Shown one piece after another: positions 1 through 8,181 of a DNA stretch of 25,714 bases (the stretch's first letter is position 1; each line of letters starts with the position of its first letter). Where the stretch lies: the NCBI GenBank assembly GCA_045046875.1, contig JASFYY010000158.1:1-25714 (forward strand). Reading direction: 5' to 3'. The notes under the pieces are model-generated. The model saw only the letters and a list, made by a program, of their open reading frames with translations, did not search any database and had not been told where the DNA came from. The translations under genes were made by a program, and so were the position numbers. This stretch comes from Verrucomicrobiota bacterium. Its GTDB lineage: Bacteria; Verrucomicrobiota; Verrucomicrobiia; Verrucomicrobiales; DEV007.

Positions 1-38
1 ACGACAATCAAATGTCCGGCCGGACATTTGATTGTCGT
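1..38. repeat. Perfect 38-bp palindrome, possibly a terminator hairpin for the 41..2251 gene
   Basis: ACGACAATCAAATGTCCG-GC-CGGACATTTGATTGTCGT is fully self-complementary. It lies 2 nt past the stop codon of the minus-strand gene and may extend beyond the window edge. Confidence 0.8.
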
Positions 39-40
39 AT

Positions 41-2251
41 TCATTCCGCCTTCAGCTCAGTGCGGTAGGAATCCTTGAACAATCCAATTTTATCAAAAGG
101 GATCGGCTTGAACGAGGGCAGTTCCTTCAGCAGCCGCGCATCTTTTTTCAGCTTGAAATTCTGCATCGAGAAATCTGAAAAACCAAGCTCTATAGGCTTG
201 TCCGCCGTGCCTGTGATCACCCGGAAACCTTTGGCCTTCACTGCCGTCCCGCTCTTTGTCGCAGCAGAAGTGTTCACCACCAGATTGTTCTCAATCTTAA
301 GTTTATCAATCAGCTTGAGCACCTTGGCATCAAAATTGTACACTTTCTGCACACAATCGACAAACACGTTATTGCTCAGCGGATTGTGCAGCGGTTCGCG
401 CGGCGAGTCTTTCATGATGATCGCCAGCTTGGGATAACGTTCACTCCAAGGTGGCTTCTGGTAGTTCATATCCATAGCCTTTTTCTCCAACCACCAACCA
501 CCGGAAGGCTCATTCCATTGTTTCCACGTCATCCCACGGGAATCGATATGCAGTCCGATGGCACAATCAACGATCAAATTATTACTGATCGGATTGTCCC
601 GTCCTCCGCCAATCATGATCGCCCTTCCAGCCCGATAAAACACATTGCCTTCAACTCGATCCCCACTGTCACAATCATCCAGATACACCCCCATGGTATT
701 AGCATGTTTTGCGTCCCCCTTGCCTAGATCGTGAATATAATTGTGACGCAAAACATTGCCTTGAGAGGTCCAATCCCGCCCGGTATAAAACGCTCCCGAA
801 TCCCCGGTCTCCATCACCACTCGATAAACATCATTGAGCTCAAACAGGTGCTCGTTTCCGCTGTATAAAACCGCATTATGCGGAGCATCATGAATGGCAT
901 TGTTGCGCACCACCTGACCACAACCCGTGACTCTGATACCTGCAGCGTAAGTACGTTGAAACAAACCGTAGTGGTGAATCTCGTTATTAATCACAAGATT
1001 CTTTCCAGCTGTCAGGCTTTTGCGATCCCCTCCCCCTATGGAAATGCCATAGGTTCCCAGATTGAACAAATCACATGAACGCAGTGTATTGTTCGACCCA
1101 CTCACTTTGATCCCTCCACCAGACAGATTAGCGATCTCACAGCCCGCAATCTCCACATGCTGCGTTCCCTCCAGCGAAATCCCCTGACCATGACTGTATT
1201 CAAAGGCCAGATTCTGGAAGTTGATATGCTTCGCCGCTTTCACTTTCAACAAAGGCTGGTCCATCGTAGCAAGAACAATAGCCGATTTCTCCAGCGAATT
1301 TTGCGGATAAAAATACAAACGTTTGTGAGCCCGATCGAGGTACCACTCTCCCGGAGCATCCAATTCCTCCAAAACATTCAGCGCAAAAAAACGCCGTTCC
1401 GCCTTGCCCCAGGTGCCCCCTTTGATTCCATAACCGTGAGGCGCCGCCAGCGAGATCACTTTTTTCTCTTTATCATAAGCCGCGATACGGATGACTTCAT
1501 CGCTCCAGTCATGAGTCCAGTAACCCAACAGCCAAACACCCTCTTTCAGATTCCAACGAGCCGGTCGTGGGTCATCCAAAACAAACGAACCCGGCCTGAG
1601 TTTTTTCATCTGCGGATCTTTTGCGTCCGCCTTGGGCAACCCTGTATCAACCACCTTGGAAAAACCCGACCACCCCTCGTTGGCCGCACCTTTATTCGGC
1701 CAGCGGGCAAGGGTCATAGGCGCACCGTCCACATACAACCAAGGGCCGCTGGGCGTGCCGCGGAACGATTTTTTCAGCTCGGAAAAAGAGCCCAACCCTT
1801 GTTTGGACAAATCACAGACCATCACCTTGGAACGAACTGATGGATCAAGCCGTGACAGCACCGCCTGATCTGCTAGTGGAGCAAAATCCGATGCCTTGAG
1901 AGTGACTCCACCACGGATGCGCACGGCACCCGGATGCGCTGCCCGGTAAGTCACCTTCGCCTTCGCGATTCCTCCATCATCCTTAGAAAATTCCAACGTC
2001 TTCTGCAAGCGATACACCCCGTCAGCAATAGAAACCGTGATCGCTTCGTCCGCTTTCAAGGCCCCTGCTTTTCGCGCGGCACGAATCCCGTCCCGCGCCT
2101 GCAGCAAAGTCTGAAACGGCGCTTTTAGCGAACCATCACCGCCCTCTTTTGCCGTAGCAGCCACATGATACTCCACTCCTGCTCGCGCAGCCGCAGGGGA
2201 AATTATAAGCACGCAGCAGAAAAATAAGGAATGCAGTAAAAAGCGATTCAT
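41..2251 (-). CDS. Secreted right-handed parallel beta-helix protein (GH141-like / pectin-lyase-fold carbohydrate-active enzyme)
   Basis: 736 aa. Signal peptide ends ARA. Motifs GDGSLKAPFQT, LARWPN, LEELDAPGEWY, ETGDSGAFY and GVYLDD, plus Asn-ladder PbH1 repeats. Substrate cannot be determined. Confidence 0.75.
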   Translation of the reverse strand: MNRFLLHSLFFCCVLIISPAAARAGVEYHVAATAKEGGDGSLKAPFQTLLQARDGIRAARKAGALKADEAITVSIADGVYRLQKTLEFSKDDGGIAKAKVTYRAAHPGAVRIRGGVTLKASDFAPLADQAVLSRLDPSVRSKVMVCDLSKQGLGSFSELKKSFRGTPSGPWLYVDGAPMTLARWPNKGAANEGWSGFSKVVDTGLPKADAKDPQMKKLRPGSFVLDDPRPARWNLKEGVWLLGYWTHDWSDEVIRIAAYDKEKKVISLAAPHGYGIKGGTWGKAERRFFALNVLEELDAPGEWYLDRAHKRLYFYPQNSLEKSAIVLATMDQPLLKVKAAKHINFQNLAFEYSHGQGISLEGTQHVEIAGCEIANLSGGGIKVSGSNNTLRSCDLFNLGTYGISIGGGDRKSLTAGKNLVINNEIHHYGLFQRTYAAGIRVTGCGQVVRNNAIHDAPHNAVLYSGNEHLFELNDVYRVVMETGDSGAFYTGRDWTSQGNVLRHNYIHDLGKGDAKHANTMGVYLDDCDSGDRVEGNVFYRAGRAIMIGGGRDNPISNNLIVDCAIGLHIDSRGMTWKQWNEPSGGWWLEKKAMDMNYQKPPWSERYPKLAIIMKDSPREPLHNPLSNNVFVDCVQKVYNFDAKVLKLIDKLKIENNLVVNTSAATKSGTAVKAKGFRVITGTADKPIELGFSDFSMQNFKLKKDARLLKELPSFKPIPFDKIGLFKDSYRTELKAE

Positions 2252-2321
2252 CTAATATATGGGGGTTACGGCTCCCCTATAATTTTCATTTCGCCCCCTG
2301 TCAAAAAACAAGTGAGGATCT

Positions 2322-3038
2322 TTATTCCGTCTTCAACAAACGCGCTAACTTTGCAGGATAAGTCTGCGCGTCCGCATCCGCTGTGCCGGCGCCTTTCATA
2401 CTCGCCCCATAAGTGATGCTATCCCCAAAACAGACAATGGTTCCGGCATCCCACTTAGCCGCTTTAAGCGTTTCATACACTGCCTGGGCAATCACGTCAT
2501 AACCCTCACTGGTCGGGTGCACGCCATCCTTTGATCGACTGTTGGCGACATTTCGCAACAGACTGGACTTTTCAGACCCCGCTCCGCCTTTCTCGAGCAA
2601 AACATGCACATCCACCAAACGAACCCCGTCCGGCTTAGCCAACTTTTTCACCACATCATTCACATCCGCGATGCGATCCTCCGGGCTGCGTTCGGCAAAA
2701 AACTCCGCTTTGTGACGGCTGAACAACAGCTCATTAATACACGGAGGAATCGTCATCAATACCACCTTCGACCCAGACTTAGTGAAGCGCTTCACCAATT
2801 GTTTTAGATTCTTCTCATACTCCTTGATCGGCACCGAATTGCCCGAGTTCAAAGCATCATTAGTGCCCACCATCATCACCACCACCTCCGGCTTTTTCGC
2901 CAGCACATCCGCCTCAACCCGCTTCAACAAATTGCGCGTCGAGTTGCCCCCAACACCCGCATTGATCACCTCCACCTCAGCCGCCCTCACACTCACTGCA
3001 CTCATCACCATCACACAAAATATTAAAACTCTTTTCAT
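2322..3038 (-). CDS. Secreted SGNH/GDSL hydrolase, circularly permuted
   Basis: Signal peptide, then block II (INAGVGG), block III (GTND), block V (DGVHP), and block I (IVCFGDSITYG) near the C-terminus. Confidence 0.85.
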   Translation of the reverse strand: MKRVLIFCVMVMSAVSVRAAEVEVINAGVGGNSTRNLLKRVEADVLAKKPEVVVMMVGTNDALNSGNSVPIKEYEKNLKQLVKRFTKSGSKVVLMTIPPCINELLFSRHKAEFFAERSPEDRIADVNDVVKKLAKPDGVRLVDVHVLLEKGGAGSEKSSLLRNVANSRSKDGVHPTSEGYDVIAQAVYETLKAAKWDAGTIVCFGDSITYGASMKGAGTADADAQTYPAKLARLLKTE

Positions 3039-3052
3039 CCTATTCCTATTCC

Positions 3053-3116
3053 TATTCGTGTTAATTAGTGTCCATCTTGACTGCCATAGCTTTAGCGACG
3101 GTTGTTAGTGGTTCCC
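3053..3116 (+). repeat. ATTCGTG-type extragenic repeat interrupted by a 30-nt hairpin element (3075-3104)
   Basis: TATTCGTGTTAATTAGTGTCCA[TCTTGACTGCCATAGCTTTAGCGACGGTTG]TTAGTGGTTCCC. The uninterrupted counterpart is at 10689-10722. Confidence 0.8.
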
Positions 3117-4963
3117 CTCCCCAAAAGCTCCGCCAAATTATACTTCGTATACCTCGTCGCGCTCGCCACATTCTCCGAATCCGCATTCGCCACCCAAAAA
3201 TCCAAACTCCCCGGCGCAAACAACACGCTCTGAATATTCGAATTCATACACACCGGACGGCTCATCAGCTCTCTCGCCGAATTCTCATCAAACTTGCCCC
3301 ACTCACCCTTCACCCGTTTGACCAGCTCCTTATATCTCCCACCCGCCGACATCAACACTGTGTCCTCTACCGGATCAGGCAACTGCTCATGCGCCTCGCC
3401 GCTCCACACCGTCTCAAACAAATCCGGAGTCGCCTTGATCCCCACCGCGCGTTTTGTTTTGGCGTCGGAGATCACATAATAATACACACAGGTGCGCGGA
3501 CTCTCCCGCATGATCTTCACCGCCTCGTCAATCGTATCCGCCTTCTCCATCACCTCGCGCATCAGTTGCGCCATCGGTTTGCCATCCCAATCCCCCTCAC
3601 CGCGCCCCCCCATCTCGCCGATCGCCAGATGTTTTTCATTCATCGCCGTCACCGATCCGATGAAACCGGCATAACTGATATTCACCCAGGCATTGCCATC
3701 GTCCGGCTGCATCACCATCACCACCGCATTCTGCTCCAAACCCAGTCCGCGCAGATAATCCAACACCCTTCCATGATACATGCGCCCGCCCACTGTCGCT
3801 TTGCCAAACAAAGAAAACCCCGAGCAATGAAACAACTCCGGGAAAAAATTAGCCAATCGCGTCTCACGCGGATGCATACCCGCCGCCACCGCCAGAGCGT
3901 CCATCTCGCGCAAATAAGGTTTGGGAATAAAAGGCTCCAGCCTTCCCTGCGCCTCTTCGATTTCACCAAAAAACCACCGCCCCTTGGCAATCGAACTGCC
4001 CACCCCGACACCGTAAACAATACGATCCACCAGATTACGAGCCTCTTCCCCCAGCAGCTTACCGTGTTGTTCTCCCATCTCCTCCGGAGACCCTTGCAAA
4101 AACAAAACCCGCGTGCCGTCAATGCTCTCCAAACGCCCCTTGCCATGCTTCGCCAACACCTTCTGCTGTCCCACCGTGTCCGCCGTCAGTGGCACAATCT
4201 TGTTCTCCAGATTAGCCAGCATCACTTCGGAAAACTTTTTTAAATGCGCCAGCGCCACCCGCTCCACCTTCACCCCCTCAGCTGCCGGCACCTTCCACGA
4301 TTGACTACCTGCCCCCTCTTCCGCCTTCAATCCCGAGATCTCCAGCTTCACCACCTTGTCATCCGCCTCCAGCTGCAAACCCGCAATCCCCCCGCCTTCG
4401 GCAAATAACAAACGCAACTCCCCCGCCGGCAAATCAAAAGCCTGTCTCGCCCAGTTCTTCGCCCTGACTCGTATCCCTTCCTCCCCACTCTTGACCTCCA
4501 GCATCGCCGCCGCCAACCACAGGTGCCAACGTTTCAACGGCAACGAAAAGTCTTCCAAATCCACCGGCTGCACACTGTCCGGCACCCCTGCAAAACGCGG
4601 CACATCGTTCACCCCCACCACCGCGAATTTTTTCTCCGCTGCCCAGGCCCACACCTCGTCCCCGTCACGCCCGACCGCATAATCACTGCCGTCCACCTGC
4701 GTTCGCAAAACCAAACGATCCGGCCAATGGTAACGAATATCAATCTCACGCCCCTCCAATTTCCCCTTCAAAGCCGCAGCCTGCACCACCTTCACCCGAA
4801 CGCTCAAAGTTCTAGCCGTCGACGCATCACCAGGTACAACCAAATCATAAACATCCCGCAATTCCGCCGCCAAACGCCGCGAATCCGCTGAGGTTAAAAT
4901 CAAAAACCACAAACCCAATACGACCAATACAGTCGTGATAAAAAAACGCCTGATCTTTTTCAT
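3092..4963 (-). CDS. C45-family (acyl-CoA:6-APA acyltransferase-like) Ntn hydrolase with an uncharacterised N-terminal domain
   Basis: 623 aa. N-terminal hydrophobic anchor or signal. LQGSPEEMGEQHG, autocleavage site FH|CSGF (Cys380), HGRVLDY, GFIGSVTAMNEKHL. Confidence 0.8.
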   Translation of the reverse strand: MKKIRRFFITTVLVVLGLWFLILTSADSRRLAAELRDVYDLVVPGDASTARTLSVRVKVVQAAALKGKLEGREIDIRYHWPDRLVLRTQVDGSDYAVGRDGDEVWAWAAEKKFAVVGVNDVPRFAGVPDSVQPVDLEDFSLPLKRWHLWLAAAMLEVKSGEEGIRVRAKNWARQAFDLPAGELRLLFAEGGGIAGLQLEADDKVVKLEISGLKAEEGAGSQSWKVPAAEGVKVERVALAHLKKFSEVMLANLENKIVPLTADTVGQQKVLAKHGKGRLESIDGTRVLFLQGSPEEMGEQHGKLLGEEARNLVDRIVYGVGVGSSIAKGRWFFGEIEEAQGRLEPFIPKPYLREMDALAVAAGMHPRETRLANFFPELFHCSGFSLFGKATVGGRMYHGRVLDYLRGLGLEQNAVVMVMQPDDGNAWVNISYAGFIGSVTAMNEKHLAIGEMGGRGEGDWDGKPMAQLMREVMEKADTIDEAVKIMRESPRTCVYYYVISDAKTKRAVGIKATPDLFETVWSGEAHEQLPDPVEDTVLMSAGGRYKELVKRVKGEWGKFDENSARELMSRPVCMNSNIQSVLFAPGSLDFWVANADSENVASATRYTKYNLAELLGRGTTNNRR

Positions 4964-5880
4964 TTTTCCTGTTCCTTCTCCGGTTTCTCAAAAAACAACA
5001 AGCCTTTGCTTTTGGTCTTGCGACGATAGATTTTATCCCCACAGGCCACATACAAATAAGTCAAATCCGGCCCACCAAAAACGGCACTCACCAGCCCCGC
5101 ATCCTGCGGTTTGGCTATCACCCCGCCCATCCGCCCGGTCGGATCATACATCTGCAAACCCACCGCCGAGGTCACATAATACCGGCCCTCCGCATCGGTC
5201 GCCATGCCATCCCCCTTGGCCACATCAGGCTTGTCATCTGAAGTCCTCATCGTCATGTAGTTCTGCGGATACAACAAGGTCCCATCCGTCTCAATGCGAA
5301 AAGCCCACACGTATTTGCCACCATAATCAGAAACAAACAAGCTGCCCTGATCCGGCGACAATGTGATACCGTTCGGTTTGGTCACCACGTCTTTACTGAC
5401 CACCGTCATCCTGCCCTCGGGATCAATCCGAACAATCTCTTTTTCCGGCGTCTGGGTGAAATACACATTGCCGTCATAAGTCACCACCAGATCATTCGGT
5501 CGCACCTCCTTGGCCAGAATCTCCATTTTGCCCGCTTTATCAAAGCGCGCCACCATCCTCCCGCGTGCCAGACAAGCGTAGAGTTTCCCGTCAGCTCCCC
5601 ACTGCAGACCACTGATCCCCGCCGCATTCTTAATAAACTCCGACACCTTACCATCCAGCGTCACCTTATAAATCACCTGACCACTCCTCACATCGGAAAA
5701 ATACACATTGCCCTGCGCATCACAACACAGCCCATCCGTGAAACCATGGCCATCACTGACCACCTGCCAGCCCTCCCCCTCGATCAACACCTCCGACAAA
5801 GGCATATCCCGAGCCAAAACCCCACCCGCCCAAAGCAAGCACAATAAATATGTAAATATTCTAATCATCATTTCATTCAA
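4960..5880 (-). CDS. SMP-30/gluconolactonase/LRE family six-bladed beta-propeller, secreted
   Basis: Motifs GFTDG, PNDL, PNGITLSPD and GDGMATDAEG; signal peptide. Overlaps the downstream C45 gene by ATGA. Confidence 0.88.
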   Translation of the reverse strand: MNEMMIRIFTYLLCLLWAGGVLARDMPLSEVLIEGEGWQVVSDGHGFTDGLCCDAQGNVYFSDVRSGQVIYKVTLDGKVSEFIKNAAGISGLQWGADGKLYACLARGRMVARFDKAGKMEILAKEVRPNDLVVTYDGNVYFTQTPEKEIVRIDPEGRMTVVSKDVVTKPNGITLSPDQGSLFVSDYGGKYVWAFRIETDGTLLYPQNYMTMRTSDDKPDVAKGDGMATDAEGRYYVTSAVGLQMYDPTGRMGGVIAKPQDAGLVSAVFGGPDLTYLYVACGDKIYRRKTKSKGLLFFEKPEKEQEK

Positions 5881-5888
5881 AATTTCTC

Positions 5889-5920
5889 CTTGAGCGCCGT
5901 AGCTTTAGCGAAGGAGCTTG
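5889..5920 (+). repeat. GCCRTAGC-hairpin element (copy 2)
   Basis: CTTGAGCGCCGTAGCTTTAGCGAAGGAGCTTG shares the core GCCRTAGCTTTAGCGA and the CTTGA...TTG ends with 3076-3104. Confidence 0.75.
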
Positions 5921-5971
5921 TTCATTATTACCTCCGGATAACATGCTCTGGCTGTCTTGCTTCGCGGCGGC

Positions 5972-6859
5972 TCAATATTCAATCTCTTTCCAATCCCGCC
6001 AAATCCAGCGCATCGTATCCGGCAGAATCGCTCCACCATGACGACCACTGTGAACCCCTTCACCAAACACAAACTTATAATCGTAACCAGCAAACTCCAG
6101 CGCCTTGGCCATCTGTTGATTCGCCAGCGGCCAGTTGCCGTGCAGATTATCCAAATCATTTTTTCCATCCTGCAAAAACACCCGCAACGGTTTTTTATCC
6201 GTCTTCCGAATCAGAGCCGGATACACATGCCCACCACGAATGTTAGTAAAACTGCCAACGTGACTCACCACCTTGCGAAAAGCATCCGGACGTTCCCAGG
6301 CCACGGTAAAAGCACATATCCCCCCTGAGCTGTTTCCACAAATCCCCCGACCCTCCGGATTCTTGGTAATCTGGTATTTTTTCTCCAGCTCAGGAATCAT
6401 TTCCTCCAGCAGAAATTTCGCATACTGATCGCTCAGGGTATCATATTCATAACTGCGGTTTCTGCGTCCCTGCTGCCCCTCCTTCGCCGGCGGCACCACT
6501 CCCGGATTGATGAACAAAGCAATCGTCACCGGCATCTCGCCAGCTGCTATCAAGTTATCAAAAACGACCGGCGCACGGAAAGCCCCCTTTTCCCGAACAA
6601 AACCACCCCCATCCTGAAACACCATCAACGCCGCCGGTTTTTTGCCATCGTACTGCGCCGGCACATAAATCCAATAGTCCCGCACCGTACCGGGAAAAAT
6701 CTTGCTCTTCCATTCGTATTTGGTCACCACTCCCTTCGGCACCCCCTCCTTGGGCATCGCATCCGGACCAGGCTGGTAGGCCTTGTCATCCGCATACACC
6801 GAACAGGTCAGCAAAGTGACAGCAGCAACAAAAGTGTAAAACAGGGGTTTTTGCATCAT
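5972..6859 (-). CDS. Secreted alpha/beta hydrolase (Fes/enterochelin-esterase-like putative esterase)
   Basis: LMVFQDGG, nucleophile motif GNSSGG, LQDGKNDLD, GVHSG. Start moved from the ORF-track TTG (6880) to ATG 6859 because a promoter-like motif lies directly upstream and a signal peptide follows. Confidence 0.85.
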   Translation of the reverse strand: MMQKPLFYTFVAAVTLLTCSVYADDKAYQPGPDAMPKEGVPKGVVTKYEWKSKIFPGTVRDYWIYVPAQYDGKKPAALMVFQDGGGFVREKGAFRAPVVFDNLIAAGEMPVTIALFINPGVVPPAKEGQQGRRNRSYEYDTLSDQYAKFLLEEMIPELEKKYQITKNPEGRGICGNSSGGICAFTVAWERPDAFRKVVSHVGSFTNIRGGHVYPALIRKTDKKPLRVFLQDGKNDLDNLHGNWPLANQQMAKALEFAGYDYKFVFGEGVHSGRHGGAILPDTMRWIWRDWKEIEY

Positions 6860-6865
6860 GCAAAA

Positions 6866-6894
6866 ACTATGAGCGAACAATGCCCCTCTGGCAA
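6866..6894 (-). promoter_or_regulatory. Putative sigma70 promoter (leaderless) for the esterase operon
   Basis: Minus strand reads TTGCCA-17nt-CATAGT-6nt-ATG. Confidence 0.5.
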
Positions 6895-6901
6895 GTCATC
6901 C

Positions 6902-6936
6902 CCCACAGGAGGCCGGGTTTTCCTACCCGAACCCTC
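6902..6936 (+). repeat. REP-like palindrome, copy A
   Basis: CCCACAGGAGGCCGGGTTTTCCTACCCGAACCCTC, 32/35 identical to 10481-10515. Confidence 0.8.
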
Positions 6937-7026
6937 CCCCTCTTCTTCGTGCCTTCGTGTAAAACCACTTCTCTCCGATCGCCGCCCTCCCCAACGAGCA
7001 AATCACAACAGACCATCCAAATTCGA

Positions 7027-7056
7027 TTGCCAAATTTCAACAAATCCTGCTAAGCT
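7027..7056 (+). promoter_or_regulatory. Putative sigma70 promoter (leaderless)
   Basis: TTGCCA-18nt-TAAGCT with an extended TGn, 5 nt before ATG 7062; no SD. Confidence 0.5.
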
Positions 7057-7061
7057 CCCGC

Positions 7062-8117
7062 ATGACCTTTCCTTTCAACAAAACCCTGATCCCCCTCTTG
7101 ATCCTGATCACCACCTGGACTGGGCAAAGCTTCTCCCAGGAATTGAAAATCGAGAGGAAACAACGTTTGGTTTCCTACCTGCAAGGTGGGGATGAAATTC
7201 TCAAAAGATGGATCAAAGTCGGGGATGATTTGTATAAAGCTCGTTTTATTGTCCCTGACACTTTTCTCAATGATTACAGCAACGAAAACGGCTTGCCAGT
7301 TGATCCTTTTGCAGACGAGCAACGAAAACCAAGCAAAAGAACCGCGATTAAAGTCTTACAAGAGGCCGGAGTCGTTTTTGGCAAAGGATCAAGTGCCAAC
7401 TATGACATCATGAATTCCGTCCTCACCGTTGTTCAAACTCGCGAACAACTAGAACTATGCGAAGCTTATGTGGCTCCCATTTGTTGCAGATACGAACAAC
7501 AAATCGCCATCCGCACAGAAATCTACGAGCTACCCATGCCCCTCGCCCTCGAACTGGTCGAGAGTTGTGAAGGGGAGAGCGACCACAGCGCCGAAAGAAA
7601 CGCTGTGCGCCAACTGATGAAAGACGGGGGAGCCAAGCTCGTCGCTTTGACCAGCGTGATATCCCGTTCAGGGCAACGAAGCAAAATCATAGACGGCAAT
7701 GAAGTTCCTTTTTTAGAAAACGTGCCATCTAAAGACAACGACAATTCAGAAACAAATGACAAAAATTTCACCATCGGTTCACGACCCGTCGGCACCCTAC
7801 TGGAAGTTGACCCTGTTCTGGGAGCCGACAACTGGACAATCGACCTTAGCCTCCAATTAGAACACCACACTGCCTCCCCGGAATTCATCCCCATACGTGA
7901 TGGTATCAAAATCCCTCAATTTCACAGCAAAGAAATCACCACCCAAGTCACCCTGCTCAAAGGAAATTACCTACTGGTCGGCACCTGGAAGCCCACCGGC
8001 AAACCTGAATACGAAAGAGAAGACCTCATGCATGTGGTTTTTCTCACCGCCAACGTGCAAGGCCTGCGCGACTACGGCGTCCTGCTTCCTGCAAAGGGTC
8101 CCAACACCAATAAATAA
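7062..8117 (+). CDS. Short secretin-like outer-membrane protein (type II/III secretion / Amuc_1098-like)
   Basis: Signal peptide. N3-like segment (GVVFGKGSSANYD..VLTVVQTREQLE). Secretin-like motifs SRSGQRSKI, VGTLLEVDPVLGAD..IDL and PQFHSKEITTQVTL..G..LLVG. Confidence 0.7.
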   Translation: MTFPFNKTLIPLLILITTWTGQSFSQELKIERKQRLVSYLQGGDEILKRWIKVGDDLYKARFIVPDTFLNDYSNENGLPVDPFADEQRKPSKRTAIKVLQEAGVVFGKGSSANYDIMNSVLTVVQTREQLELCEAYVAPICCRYEQQIAIRTEIYELPMPLALELVESCEGESDHSAERNAVRQLMKDGGAKLVALTSVISRSGQRSKIIDGNEVPFLENVPSKDNDNSETNDKNFTIGSRPVGTLLEVDPVLGADNWTIDLSLQLEHHTASPEFIPIRDGIKIPQFHSKEITTQVTLLKGNYLLVGTWKPTGKPEYEREDLMHVVFLTANVQGLRDYGVLLPAKGPNTNK

Positions 8118-8147
8118 CCTTCCCCTCGAGCCTCATCCGCCCCGGAG

Positions 8148-8175
8148 TTGACAGCCGAATTCGTCCTTCTATGCT
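8148..8175 (+). promoter_or_regulatory. Putative sigma70 promoter (leaderless)
   Basis: TTGACA-16nt-TATGCT-6nt-ATG 8182. Confidence 0.6.
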
Positions 8176-8181
8176 CAAGAC

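Noticed and set aside
3039..3056. (CCTATT)x3 tandem just upstream of the SGNH start codon as a phase-variation tract
   Set aside because: Only three units. It reads as a repeated AGGA SD-like sequence on the coding strand, and slippage would barely change the RBS.
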